NCBI GenBank assembly: GCA_051294905.1
Contig: CM119385.1
Location: 16,182,001 to 16,246,000 of the forward strand
Origin: Botryllus schlosseri
Lineage: Eukaryota
Direction of reading: 5' to 3'
DNA: 64,000 bases
In this document: in pieces, positions 25,183 through 39,300 of the stretch
Position numbering within the stretch: position 1 is the stretch's first letter
How the letters are laid out: each line of letters begins with the position of its first letter
Notes under the pieces: model-generated
The model's database searches: none
What the model was told of the DNA's origin: nothing
The model's input: only the letters and a program-made list of their open reading frames with translations
Translations under genes and position numbers: made by a program

Positions 25183-26778
25183 GTTGGTATATGAAATCGG
25201 GGTTATTCAAATGATTCCATTGCTTGCAGTACGCCTATATTGGTAGTAATAAGTCAATCCTAATTATAGCTATCAACCAATAATCGCGAGGTGCTGAAAA
25301 TGACTTTCAACTAGTAAAGGTAGAGTGTTCTGTGATCTGTAATCTGTAATCTTTGGTTAATTCCCTCGACACATATAATTTCAAATCTTAGGTTTATTGA
25401 CGCACTATGCCCGACATCAACATAAAATGGCCAGTGAGATTTTCTGGACAGGGTGTGCCCCTTCAATTTAGATAACTGATATCAGTTGTATAGTAATACG
25501 CTATATGGAACATTTGGTGTAGTTGCGTACAGGGATGGTGTGAGCGTGAGGTTCACGCTCGCGTTCTGTGTGTGAACCTCCTATAAATTTGGAGGTTCGC
25601 GTTCACAAACGAACCTTGGTATATTGTGCATTGTGAACCTTTTTCCTTTATTACTATTTTTCACGTCATTAGAACATGTTTGATTAAAATTCTTTGCATT
25701 TCAACTTCGGACCAGCAAGGCGCTGCCAGCATAACAGCAAATTCAACACTAATCGAGCCTTTCTAAATTCAAAAAATCTTATTTGCTTTGTTACAAAGTT
25801 TGCTAGAAATATTCAGCTTTCCGTTTGTGAATATTTACTAACTCTCTGCTGTGAACTTGGGCCCGCAATCACACAACATCAAGAATGAAATGCACTGCCT
25901 GTATAGGTAGTCAGCGAATTGTACCTTTTCAACCAATCACTGAAATTGATATAAAGAATACACCGTTGTTTAATGTAAAAAATCTAGCAGGCGTTCGGGT
26001 TCCATCTTGACTTGATATGTTTATAGTATAAAAAAAAAAGAAATCCGTGCGGTTGATATGGCGTTGGGTATTATATACCTTGTACACACGAATTAGAACA
26101 TTACAAGGGTTCGCACCATCACTAGTAGTCATGTTGTCTGTGGTGGGTGTGGGATACTGCATGTGATAATTTACTACTGGTATTGAGTAGAGCTATCGCG
26201 GTAAATGTGAGCGACCTATGAGAGCCGTATGTTCTACTACATCTGTCATAATTACTAGTACTTATCCGGCGAGGAATATATATATACCACAGAGGGAATT
26301 CTGACAACCATATGTCTGCAATCAAATATTTGCACAAATGTGTCGTGCATTACATCATTCCCAGTCGATGAAATCGAATATTTCTCAGCAACGATAGTGA
26401 ACGTAGACCCGGAATGTATCATATCTCCTACATTCCAACAAGAATCATTTTGTCATGAAGTATGCCAATTTTGGTCTCTCCAGAAACGGGTAACATGTCT
26501 TTCTAATCTCTGAATAGTCTTCGAATGAAATATCACTGAATAATGATCCGACAAGAATAAAACACGCTGAAATACCACCGTTTAATACAATATGTATTTT
26601 AATCACTCGCAGCTTGGTTGTTTATTAAACCGTAACCTTCTTTGTCAATATTTATTGATAGCAACAGTTATAAACGGGTATATTAAAAGGTGAAGACGAG
26701 CGCAGATAGCATCTTAACACCTACACATTTAGGTAGTTATGTTTAATATTGGAAGCCTAGAATCTAGGATGACCTCTA

Positions 26779-28077
26779 TCAATCCTTATCGATGAACGCA
26801 ACCGGCGCTGCAATAATACTGATGGTGAAAGCCAACCATCCGAAAGCGAAACTGTATCCCCAATCTACGTTATCTTGTGCCACGAATGAGCTGTATAATC
26901 CGGTATACGACGCCATTCCTATCATGATGAAAATACCTGAAAGACATGGATTTATAAGAATATTTAGGGTTCATGGAAATCTATACGCAGCAGTTGTTGA
27001 CTTTATCGGTTAACTGAATGTTACAAATGACATAAAATGCCGATTGTCGTGGATAAACCGACGGAAGAATTGCTCGAGCGAACATGGCATAACTGTGACC
27101 ATAAATCTGTATCAAGGGTAAATTGTATCGAAATGATGGAAATATCATGATATTATTTTCGATATCTCGTGGTTCGATTAGTTGGTAGATTTGAACCATG
27201 CGTATGTTTGGTACACGCAGAAATAAGATGGGAAACATGTTCGCTCTCTTTGATCTGCCCTTCCGACAAGGACATTCGCTGTTGGTAATTGCTTTCGGGG
27301 TACTGCAAAGAAATAGTCTACCTCATGTAACCAGGATCGCGTACAGAAGATACACCTTTCCAGTAAGCGGTCAAAAATTTAATATCCATAGTAAGGCCAA
27401 TCTAATTTAATCTCAATACAGTAAAATCCATCCCTTAAAATCCGACTACCAACATGAATGACTCATGGACGAATTATACGGGATGTATACAAAATATCAA
27501 TGGTTTAGGAAGGAACTCTTTTATCTTTAGGGCCAAGTTAAACACACTTAATTCGCGCAAATATATTCGGTTCACTGTTATAAAGTTCCAAACACTCGTA
27601 CGACCGCGCACCTGGCGTTTCCAAGATTCTAACAATGTATTACGCTTCTAGTTACCTCCAACAAATGCTAACACTCCTCCGACTTTCGAAATCACTTCGT
27701 TCTCACTTCTGGCACCAGCAAAGCACAAAGCCCCAACGGCACACGAGAGTATCACATCAGCCATAACATTGAATGCGATTGCGACATTCTCAGCGTCCCC
27801 CTTGTTCACTGAAAAATCAAAACCAGCCGTCAGTCGGGAAATTGAAAAATAATGTTCCGATCTGCATACTTCACGAATCTTGGTGACACAACGAACTTGT
27901 TATCCGCTCGTACTCACCATCAAACTGTTCTCCGTCGGAATAATTTTGAAAAAGACCTTGAGCGTATGTTACATTCTCCGTAGTAACGTATATCCATCCT
28001 GGAGTTGTGATCGCAATGATGTCAACTAGTAGAGCAATCGCAAGGCCCCCTCCGCTGCCTATTTTCAAAAATCCCAT
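26779..28077 (-). CDS. G1: PMP-22/EMP/MP20/claudin-superfamily tetraspan protein, 156 aa
   Basis: join(28077-27918, 27808-27656, 26936-26779); exons 160/153/158 nt, both introns phase 1, canonical sites (GATG|GTGAGT, TTTCAG|, GGAG|GTAACT, TTTCAG|); four TM segments; TPGW...QGLF, YTG and WGYSFAFGW motifs resemble LIM2/MP20; AATAAA at 26656-26651. Confidence 0.9.
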
Positions 28078-31000
28078 TCTAATCTGGGTTCTGTTGAAAG
28101 ATAAAACTCGTAATTAAGAATGCTGTGCTATACTAATATACTGGACCGTACGCACTGCACAATGTACAAGTGCGGTGTAACACTCTACACTACTGTAGAG
28201 CGCACGTTCAACCTCACCCTCGGACGGCGATGATACTGTTCTTGCGAGTTCTTCGAACGAGAGTTTGTTACACGAGAACCATCATCGTACACCGGTCTTG
28301 TCTCCTAAATTCTTCAGCATCACGAGGCGCTCGTGTGATGTACTACGACGTATGTACGTTGGTGGTATATAAAGTGAATATATCTAAATTTATCCATGAT
28401 TATATGTCTCGTTGAGTACCCACGCATTTCGTCTGCCAATAAGAACACATATTAATCTGTTGGATTGCAACAACAGAAAACACATTTTGTGATATTTGTA
28501 GATTGGCGGGGAGGTGGGCCGTTGAAATGTCATCGAAATAATGGGATTGGTATCTTTCCGCTCCAATAGCCTCATATAATCGATGGGTTAAGCTTAATGG
28601 CAGAACACCCACCTATTCGATCATACCTACATAGAGGTCATATAGGTATTGGAATGAACCGCAAGCCGGGCCAGACCACAGACTCGCTTGTAAACCTGTC
28701 ACCCAGTACGGCTTCTCAGGTAGGTAGGCTCTCTGTGATAGTGTGGAGAAAAAGATGGTAGCGCTGACTAGATAGGCCTACTTCTTCGCGTCTACATCGT
28801 GCCACTAGTACTTCGATAACGAAGATGGAAATGAACTTATTCCTTCTTCCGTAACAAATATCTTTTCACCTGTACTTGTTCATTTTCTTGCCGAAAGAGT
28901 CGTTCGCATGAGTAGCTTTTAAGGCTGGTTTTATTTTCTGTTGCTTACCACAGCGAAAATGACATGCATGTGTAGCAGAGATGAGCTTTGAGCGTGGAAA
29001 TGGATTTGGTTCGGATATGGATTTACGAATATTCTAAAACTGGATTCAATCTAGGACAGGAAAGTTCTAATAATTTTCTATTTCATGTGACCTATGAACA
29101 AATTTCAATCATAGCGGATTTTGGATTTCGACATGATATAACTTTTATTCTGGATTTGGGTTTAAACCTAAGTTGTAGTGCTTGTCAGTCACATTCGGGC
29201 AATCATCGAAAATGCGTCGACTATTTTGCCTGTTTGTACAATTAATTTAGATATTAAAATATTGAGGTATATGGAATGGGCGTGACTAACATAGAAAATA
29301 TTCGTTAGTCGAATACCTCTACATATTGCGACGCTTCCATACCGATGACGATGTGGGGTCATTGGCCTGACTGCCTTATAATGCGATCAGCGATGTGAAT
29401 TCCTGCAATCATGAACACATGTCGAGATATCTCGACGAAATCCTATACAAACATTAGTTACACGGGTTTTCGTATACCAACCATTCGCAAAGACTAATTT
29501 ACCGGTCTCTGTGGACGATATCATAAGAAGAACGCAACCCATTCGGAATGTCTGACATATGTTGTATTGCGACGTATGTACTTTAATTTACAACCGCAAA
29601 AACTTTGATTTCAGAATGACGCAACTTCCATTTCCAACTTAATCTCCATAGCAACGTCTAAGATATGCTGTAGCAACGTATAAGGCGTTTGAAAAATCAC
29701 ATGTTATCATAAAGGAAAGGTAGATCAGCAACATTCACGGCATTAGGATTTGGCTGGACTGAAATGTCACCGACGACTTTAGAAAGTTATTTATGACGGA
29801 GAAAATCTATTCCGAAATATGAAATTGGTTATCCTTATCGCATGTTTGTCTTTACAATTCAATAATCGGGTTCTAGTATGTCGCAAATTTTAGTTAATAG
29901 ATTACGTAAGCAAGCTAGATATTATCCCCCTAGATGTCGCTACCATTGTACTATTACTTTTCCAATAATAATAACACAAGAAGTAGTTCAGTCTTTCAGT
30001 GTTGGGCATTAAAAGAATTGTGATTAATTCGTCCCAGTCTAATTTTAAAGTAACACCAATATCGGACAAAAAGTTATATGAAAATGGTACCACGAGCAAA
30101 GCAACCATCACTAAGGTATTGGACAGCAATTCCCAAAAATCTGCTGTTACATAGGGCTATAATTGACAGTTGCTGATTAAGAGATATCCATGAGATGTAG
30201 AATCGGAAAACCTCCGCTATCACTTGCATATACTCTGCCACATGTTTGTCCATGCGTTTTTTTAGCATTATGGATTCAAATTTCTATATCAACGCCTAAT
30301 CTTAAAGATTGTTAATTTGTATCACCCTTCTTCAGATCAAATGAGCGCACACGCAGCTTCGTATTACAACTTGTTGGCTTGACAGAATATAGAGAGGGAC
30401 ATGATGTCACATAGGTGAGGCATGTCAGATTGCTATAACTCCGATTCTTGGTACAGAGCTCGAATTTGGGTCTTAGCATCGTGAAACGATAGTTGAGATG
30501 TGCGTTGTGACTTGTGACTATAGGTCATGAAGACAACGATAGGACCTTGCACCAGCGAAGGATTAGTAGTACAGGTATCTACTATTATCTTCAGGGCGAG
30601 CTACAGAGGAACTGCTGACCAATGCAAGCATTTTGTCGCTCTGCGAATGAAGCCAGAACTCGAATTTTTGCTAAGTTGCAGGAACTGGATATGCCCGGCC
30701 GCTATTCCTAAAAAGGTTATTGAAATGCGAGGATATTAATTACTGTATCGGTTTCGGTGATGACTAAGTCGATGTCCTTTCGTTCTAAATACTGGAGTGA
30801 ATCCCAATTGTAACGCCATATTCACACCATCATAACAGACCGATCTATTCCGCCATCTAAAATCTTCCTTCCGGATACGCTAAGGTTACCATGTTTTGGA
30901 ATCGGGAAAGGAGGACGCTTTTTCAAAATTTTCAGACTTGTAATGCTGTAGTAAAATCCGGAAAAATGGTAAATTCACCACCAAAATGTGGCTGGCTGAC

Positions 31001-31169
31001 TAAAAAAAGAAAGGTCAACCTTCCGGCTCAACTCCCGAAATACAGTTTCTCTTTCACATTTTGCGTTGGGTTGACTAATCAAAAAGGTCGTCGCTCACGT
31101 TCGAACCACGAATTTTCTGTTTAGCGTAATTTATGCCCATTTTCACTTGAATCTATCCATCATGGAAGG

Positions 31170-32009
31170 CAGGGGCGGGCAACTTCTCCAGTCGGCGGGC
31201 CGGATATAGAAAAATTAGGAACTTGGCCGGCCGGATTGCTGAATCGATACATTATTCGCCCATTTATCCACATACACAAGGAATAAATCGTATTTAATGA
31301 CGGTATTTTAACGACAGCAATGTAACTTTGAAGCTATTTCTCGCCAATAGTGACGAAGACAATGTGGATTTGAGAACAGCATTGTCATATAGGCACCACC
31401 ATGTCTGCTTCTCTCTGATCAATCAACACGCGGTGCAATCCTTAATTAAGACTTCAAGGTGATCAATAAGCCCGGTACCCCAAATGTTCTAAGATATCAA
31501 TTCATTGGGGTTTAGTAGGTGACGAGACAGCGTGGCTTAACTGTGTGGCCTCTTTTATCTCGATATTGAATTCATGCGGGCCGCGGCCTCTACGAAATTT
31601 GAAAGTGGCGCCCGACTCGTGTTGAGTTGGCGAACCCTGGCATAAGCGGTGTCTTACAGAAGCCTACACGTGAGCCGTGCTACAAGTCGACGGTTACGGA
31701 ATCAAAAATAAGAAATATCGGCCTGGTGTAAATGACCATTGTAGTCGACAGACACCATTATTACCACAAATGGCATTAGGGTATAGTACATCGTAAATGC
31801 CGATAATGCAATAAGTCTTCTCGTTTCGACGAACTTACGCGTATAAGCGTCCCCCTCGCTCGCTGCGCATACATGTGTATAATGACATACAGTCACTAAA
31901 ATTGGGCGTATGTAAGCAGGTAGTGGGGAATATCGGAAAACTGGGGCCGCAGGCCACATTATCATGTAAGATGGAAAACTGTCCGCGGGCCGTCTGTTGC
32001 CCGCCATTG
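31170..32009. mobile_element. Nested CAGGGGCGGGCAAC-family MITE containing a foreign MITE end and a SINE fragment
   Basis: Starts CAGGGGCGGGCAAC, ends GTTGCCCGCCATTG; 31555-31639 matches the right end of the 38004 family; TSD not clean. Confidence 0.6.
31640..31770 (+). mobile_element. SINE 3' body fragment
   Basis: TAAGCGGTGTCTTACAGAAGCC...GGAATCAAAAATAAGAAATATCGGCCTGGTGTAAATGACCA is near-identical to 37360-37480. Confidence 0.7.
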
Positions 32010-32814
32010 ATCTAAGCTCTAAAAGCTGTTATGGAGGACAAATTGCCAAAAAGGAGGACATTTAGGCGTCCTCGGAAGACATTTTCAAAATCCTCGAAAA
32101 GAAGGACAAATCCTCCGAAAGGGGGACGTATGGTAACCCTAGGATACACATATGCATTATCGTCAAACTATGGATCAACTAATAATTGTCAAAATGATGG
32201 GGAGTGCCGAAGTGCATTTCTCACTAATTCCAAATAAATTCGGAGGTAATCCGGTAGTCAGAAATCCAATCGTCATCTTCGGACAATTGCTATGCACACG
32301 TCCCAGTATTGGACACAATCCGAATTTCATGTCGTGACACTAATTCGCGCAATGGACAGCTCAGATCATATCATTGTAAGTTGCCGGGAAATCAACGCAG
32401 TGTCTGCGATATCTGCATTCTGCAATCTTTCACTTTGAAACGCACGTCTGAATAGCAGTCCAAATATATGAGTTATTATGACAAAATGGGCGATAAAAGC
32501 ACATTTGATAGTGTTTGTGCTCTTCCAAGGCTGTGTTTTCCCGATAAACGAAAACCTAATAGCCATCGGAAAGCTGTCATCCATTTTCAGGCAGTCTCAG
32601 CGATAGCGGGCATAATGAATTTGCAACTATCTGAGTAAAGTTATCGAACATACTGGTGATTCTAATATCTGTCGCCGAATCAACGACGTCACGGATTACC
32701 TGAACAGCCGACGTAAATTACTGGAAGTTCGGCAACTGGATCTCGTCTATAAAGCAAAATTTTATATCCTGCAGATTGTTTGTTACGCTATATAGAAGCA
32801 ACAGCTACCATAGC

Positions 32815-35641
32815 ATGGGTTTATTTCATTTCGGAAGCGCTGGAGGCCTTGGATTTGCGTTGCTCTTTGAAATCATTGCGTTGTCCACACCGGGATGGGT
32901 TTATGTAACCACCAACACCACCATGTTGAACACCACTGGATTACCTCCATACTCGTATTACAGCGTGGTTAAATCCGGTGCTTTTGGACTGTTCCACAGT
33001 GAACCCGCGCTAGATACGGAATACGGACTGTGTAAGTCGACATGAAGATCCTATGCATGTATTGTATATAGCCTATCGCCACGCGTTCTTTGCTACAAGT
33101 GCATGTAATTGAAATGCGTTTCCTATGTTTTGGCAGATTTGGGAGGTACTGCTATCGCCTCATGCGCCTGCCTGCTATGCATCGGTATGGGGTACCTGTC
33201 GGTCGGTATAGCGGCAAATCTATACAGCGGAAATTTTATGGAAGAAAAGAAACTGGGAAAGGTTGGCGGTATCATGGGAATTGCGGCAGGTAATACTCCG
33301 GGTCCTGTGGGTTCGGTCCGGAATTAGTCATATAATTTTTCGTAAGACAAAGCCAAGTTATTTTGCAATTTTCCATGTGATTTTGAGAATTTTTCGAGTT
33401 TAGGCTCCATGAAAATATTTATATGAGAGCTGAAGCTATAACAAGGGTCACCATATTTTGGGATCCAGTAAGAAGGAAAATGTAAACTTAGATTACCGGA
33501 CTACAAAACTTGTGATTAAAATTTTTACGGGAAATCCTTTCACGTTGACTATAAGAGGTCATTTATCCAGCCCTACTCTCGAACAACTAGCCCAAACGTA
33601 CGCATTGCAGATTCGACGTCATTTCTGGCCTTTTTTAGTTGAGCCTGTCCATCAGCCTGGCTGTCAAAGCTATATAGGAAGACGTATTCACAAAAAGTAG
33701 GATATTTAGGCGTCGCCAGAGGACATATTGTAACCCTACTATAAAGCATATTGATGTAAGAATTTGATAATGATTTCATTGATCATGATTTGTCTGAGGC
33801 AGTATAAAACTATATTACTTAGTAAAGAAGTGCTACAAATACCATTTCGAACACGTCTTCGCCTCCGAATAACGCACTATAATTAGGGTTACACTACGTC
33901 CCCTTTTTTAAAAGGAATTGTCCTCTTTTTTTTAAAAATTGAAAGTGTCCTCGAAGGACGCCTAAATTTCCTATTTTTTGGAAATTTGTCCTATCTTTTC
34001 AAAAAAAGTATTCAAATGGCACGAAAATGTCGACATCCAGGCAGAATTCGTATGCAGAATTGTAGAAAAGGGGGTAATGTGGGATTCGATAAAAATGACG
34101 ACCCACAAAAGTATCGTTAAAAAGTGTGTTACGACTTTTTTTCAGTCAAGACAGTACTATCGGTCGAAAAATTTGCAAAATCACCAGTTTTCCTCTCCGG
34201 TGCTGGAGCTTTCAAATTGTCCTCTTTTTAAGATCTCAAAATATTGCAACCCAAACTATATTACCATTGTAATACATTGCGATAACTAATATGGTCACAT
34301 TCAATAGGATGGTGTATGAGTAGGGCCGGGCACAATGATTCGAGTACTCGAATCTGGATCAAGTATTAATTTTAATGATTCGAGTCGAGTAGTAAAAGAC
34401 AATTTTTTCGAGTACTGAAATTTTACGCTCCTCGCCACTGAAAGGTAATTTATCAATGAGAATTATAGTTACGATACTAATTTTCACTGTTGCAACCTTG
34501 AAACCCTGATTGGAGGTATCGTAACATACGAAACGTATAGTACAAAGCTACGAAGGTTGCTGGACGTACATTTCCGACGTCATGATCATCCCACAACATT
34601 GCAATCAAGTGGAATGCAATCGGTATGGTCGAAAAATACCAAAGTATCTTTAATGTGATGGATAACAGAAATTATATTCTTTGCGATGGCATAAAGCCAT
34701 AAACGGTACATATTTGAACATCGGCGTATTACATTCAGTTATGACGTCATAATGAGTGATACTCGATTACTCGACTCGACTCGAAGCATATTATGTGATT
34801 CCGAATCGAATCACTCAGGTACTCGATTTTGCCCATGCCTATGCATGAGCATCCAAATATTGGGTAACATGATGCAGCATTTGTGCAGTCCAGTCTATGA
34901 AAATCAATCTCGTCTCAACGTCAAACTTCATCGCAGATTTGGTTGGAATGGGCAAAATCGAATCACAGCCCATTCGCAACGGGCTCCAATATTGACGTCC
35001 GAATCAAATCGAATGACTACTTTTGAAACTATTTTAAGTTAATTGAATTATAACTCCTGTAGTATGTCAAAGCGTTCAGGTCGTGCACTGCACCACGACT
35101 ATCCGTGTTGCCCACGCTTTACACGCGACATCTTGTGGCTGACTTTCCAATAAAAAGTGCTGGCAACCAAGAATGTATTATTAACAGAGACAGAGATAAT
35201 TAATACTAAGTACCCCCGATGTGTCCATTCCAGTTGATCTCTTTTCTAATCATGAGATTCGAATAAATGTGACTCATTCGAATCGAACGGTCGAATCAGC
35301 GATTTTTGTATTTTTCATTCCCAGTAATCTTCAACATTCAATATTAACTCTTTCTCGTCATGCTAGGAATATTCATCATGATCGGAATGGCCTGCTTCAC
35401 CGGACTTATTTTCGACAACCCGTTCTACGAAAAGATTTCGAACGACCCAGATTGCTGCATGTACATGCCGTATTCCCAATACTGCAAAACTGGACAGCAG
35501 TCGCAGTTTCTCGATCGCCTGAATATTTCAAGTCGGCGCCCGACTTGCAGCATTGAATACAGCTGGGGTTACAGCTTCGCTTTCGGCTGGATGGTATTCT
35601 GCATCAGCACTATCTCGGGGGCTGTCGGCTTGCTCGGGTGA
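32815..35641 (+). CDS. G2: claudin-like tetraspan protein with Cys-rich extended second loop, 214 aa
   Basis: join(32815-33031, 33137-33289, 35367-35641); exons 217/153/275 nt, phase-1 introns, canonical sites; TPGWVY, GLF, KVGGIMG, SWGYSFAFGW motifs; AATAAA at 35863. Confidence 0.9.
33443..33738. mobile_element. TAGG-family MITE in G2 intron 2
   Basis: Ends AAGGGTCACCATATTTTGG / TTGTAACCCTA; imperfect TSD CTATAACA / CTATAAAG. Confidence 0.55.
33884..34254. mobile_element. TAGG-family MITE (reverse orientation) in G2 intron 2
   Basis: Starts TAGGGTTAC; GTCCTC motifs; TSD ACTATAAT / ACTATATT. Confidence 0.7.
34321..34841. mobile_element. hAT-type MITE (TCGAAT/CTCGA-rich) in G2 intron 2
   Basis: Ends TAGGGCCGGGCA / TGCCCATGCCTA; TSD TGTATGAG / TGCATGAG; relative at 61492. 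Confidence 0.75.
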
Positions 35642-36378
35642 ACTGTAATTTGAAACTCCCCTCGCGAGATAATTATGAAGCTGTTTCGCTGATTGTGTTT
35701 CGCTGATGGAGTTATTTTGTTTTGTGCCCGCCAAGAATTGGAAGATATTCTTTTGAATGTATCATTTTGTACTGATTGTATTATTTTAAGCACAAATGTG
35801 TTAGTGTCATCTAGCGTAAAGAATTCAACGCATTTTCCTCGACACGAATCAGTAACGAAATTAATAAAGTCGAGAAGTGTCGCAAAGATGTGATTCGTTT
35901 TACATGCTTATGCAGGCATAAAACTGCGTATATGCCACACATAAAAATTGTATACCTCTTCTCGTATTTTTGTTTCAACCCATGCAATGGTGAAGATTAA
36001 TTGATCGCGATCATCATTAGCATTGCATGATATTCCGGCTGTTCGTTACATATCAGAGTTGATTTAATGCTCGCTAACCAATGTTAACAAAGTGTCTTAG
36101 ATCAAAGTTTTAGATTTGTTTTGTAATTACCAGTATGCTCAATGTTTATTATCAATCGTAAATTATAATATTTGCCAACGTTACTATAGTAGGCATACAT
36201 AACATACAACGGATTGACTTAAATTACGATTGATTCACCGTAACCAACTTGATAACTCAAGTGGAAAGTAATTCCTTAAGATTGCATCGTACAAAGGTTG
36301 AGGACTAATTACGCATTATTTTTCCGAGAATTTCAGGTTCTAGGACGGTAAAGCGTACCTAAAGCCAGTAGGGCAATA

Positions 36379-39300
36379 ATGGGTTTATTCAGTTACGGAA
36401 GCTCTGGCGGATTGCTCCTCGCTTTAACGTGTACTATGACGTCACTCGCCACCCCTGGCTGGATATACGCTACGATATCAATTAGCAATCCACTGGCGGA
36501 TGTAAGTCGCAGCTATTCTTTCGGATTGTTTTACAGTGAACCGCGTCTTATCACGTTTGGTCGATCCTACGCATATGGAGATGGGTTATGTAAGTATTTA
36601 TGTCTCACGTCTATTCTTAGTTTCTCACACCTACACCTCTAACGTTATGAAGGCGGCATGTACTAGTTTACAACTTTATCAGGGAGTACTCGACTATATA
36701 CGTAACTTCACAAAGTTGATTTTGTCCATGGGTGGCTTATTTAACAGTTAATCCGACGTGAGCACATTCGATTAACGCAAAATGACCAATGACATTACAA
36801 TTATGTGCAATTTTCTAAAATGTATTCAGTTGCCGTGATACAGGGGCTCTTTCGAAGTCTTCATGACAACTTAACTCCTAAGAGTGATGCAAGCAAATTC
36901 TGAAACTACTTTCTACTGTACAAAATCCAGAGTTTAAAGCAGTGGTTCCCAACCTTTCTCGACTCATCGCCCCCTAATCAATCTCGACACAAATTCTGGC
37001 CTCCCTTATTCACGGATCCTAAAAAGAGTGTGATCGGGAAATTTATGCACATAACTCTGATCGCTGGTGAATTGACTGAAAAAATGCCATTTTCCGAGGT
37101 GGTAGGTGCTCGGATAACAGGTTTCCGCGTCTACTTTCCGCTTAGTAGACCTTATTTCGCATCACATGCAGGATGAGCGGTCTTCACCTGCATTTTTGGC
37201 CTTGTTAATTGAATAGATCTCACTGGACATTCGAACATTTTCGCCCCCTTGTTTCTCAAAATCGCCCCTGGGGATGGGGCGATATCGCCCACGATGGAAA
37301 TCACTGGTCTAAGGAACCAGTAGTTTTGCTCAGAATACTGTTAAGCCATCTCATCCGCGTAAGCGGTGTCTTACAGAAAGCCTAGAAGTGAGTCGTGCTA
37401 CTGGTCAGCAGATACGGAATCAAAAATAAGAAATATCGGCCTGGTGTAAATGACCATAGCAGTCGACAAGCACCATGAACACCACACAAACTAACAAACA
37501 AACAATACTGTTAAGCAGAATTGGAAGTATATAGTATAAAAACAGAATGATACTTGATTACTTAGCACAAGTAGTCAAAACCTAATTGAGTACTCGTTAA
37601 AAGTTGAAAGACTTATTCACCGACCATCCTCTACTTTTGGGCCTTATTATGGTTCATGTAATAGCCAGTGTTGGGATGACTCAAGTCAACTTTTTCGTAT
37701 GAATTGAGTTGACTCGACTCACTTCGTAAAAATGACTTGACTTGACTTGGTGCTTCAAAAATGTGGATTGACTCGTGACTCGAAGCAAAATTTACGAGTC
37801 AATTTCAAGTCATCAACTAACGGTGTCGATTAAATCACTCTATCTCAATCATGTTTGGATTGTTCGTGACACGCCGGTGCGACTTGTCAAAGCAACCAAT
37901 CTTTCATGGCTTGTATGTTTCACTGATCCTCCATTGTCACATCACAAATACATTGACCGCAAACGAAATGATCACAGCCTGCGTAAATTTACTAGTAGTA
38001 AATCAGGGGTCACCAACACGCGGCCCGCGAGGTCATATTTAGCGGCCCGCGACGTGATTTGAGATTTCGGAAGAAAGCTGAGAAAACCATTTTGAAATGC
38101 AGTTTCAAGTATTGTTGTTGTTGTTGTTGTTTCAAAATAAGCTATTCGCCTGTGCCCAACCTCACTATTCGTCACCAGCTAAAACGGCTTTGGATATGGC
38201 AACAGCATTCCATCGAGGGAGAATAATCCGCTGAAATGAATGGGCTGGGCATATTGCCTTGAAGTGCAATGTCCAAAACACTGCCAAGATCGAGACGCTT
38301 AGAAAACGGCATAGGGAAGTGGTTCACTGAAAGGCGCGCCCCTCTTGTGGGGGCGAGTGTGAAAGCATATGAAGGTGGCGCGGAGCTGCGGTCAACTGAA
38401 AATTTTTTCGCGCCCTGCGCGATTTACGTTCAATTTACCTTTTGTGTATGGTCCGGAATTCATTATATAGAATTCTCTCGTCAACAGTCAGAACCTTCCA
38501 TGCCTTCAAACTATCCGTTTGGATTGCTAGCATTCTGGTGGCATTTTGTGATATGACGATAAGGGGAGCGAACGTTTTCAGTAGCATAAAGGGGGGCGTG
38601 TCGAAAAATGTTTGAGAACCACTGGCTTAGGGCTTCTCCACAAGATCAAGCTTTACGTGGAGATGGTATTTCAGCTAGTAACGTATCTCGTTAGCCCCAA
38701 TATCGATTCCTTATTCGCTGAAAAACGTTTCCAGTATCGTGCACAGCTCAGAGGTCAAAATAAAATGAAATTAATGATAATGATTTTTTGTTGTATTTGT
38801 AATCCTTTGATAAAATATTACTTCTTTTGTGGTCACTACACCCATTGCCTAAATTAAGTAGCACGGCGTTGTACTGACGTAGAGTTTTAAAACGGTGGTT
38901 GCCTAGTTTATACCGATATTGAATTCATGCGGCCCGCGCCCGCTACGAAATTTGAAAAGTGGCCCGCGACCCGTCTTGTGTTGGCGACCCCTGTAGTACA
39001 TTAATATAATAGCAATATATCTGTGTTTGTTAGACTACTCAGTGCATTTATTACACCGTGGTCGCCTTAATCAACTCTCTTGTATGATTTAAATAGAACG
39101 AATATAGTTTATGCGTTTATATTCTCGCGGATGTGTAGATGGGTTGTGTACTTCTCGAGGCTTGGTATTCGATCCTCTATTTTGGCTCACGTATTTCATT
39201 AGCGGTCCTGTGAGCGATACAACGCCATTTTGTTTGTATATTTAACCGTGTATTCGTTATTTGATTCAATATAGTTATAAATGGACAATCAATCTTTCTT

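Larger units (their letters stand above)
30881..32141. mobile_element. TAGG-family hAT MITE inflated by nested insertions
   Basis: Ends TAAGGTTACCA / TGGTAACCCTA; TSD GGATACGC / GGATACAC; arms match the 18141 element. Confidence 0.7.

Noticed and set aside
27065-27310. Alternative exon 2 for G1 (acceptors at ~27305 and ~27108)
   Set aside because: Frames hit stops without a donor; 27808-27656 gives the conserved 153-nt exon.
29940-30070. Degenerate LINE RT (DIGVTLKLDWDELI...RLNYFL)
   Set aside because: Single loose motif resemblance with no flanking RT motifs.
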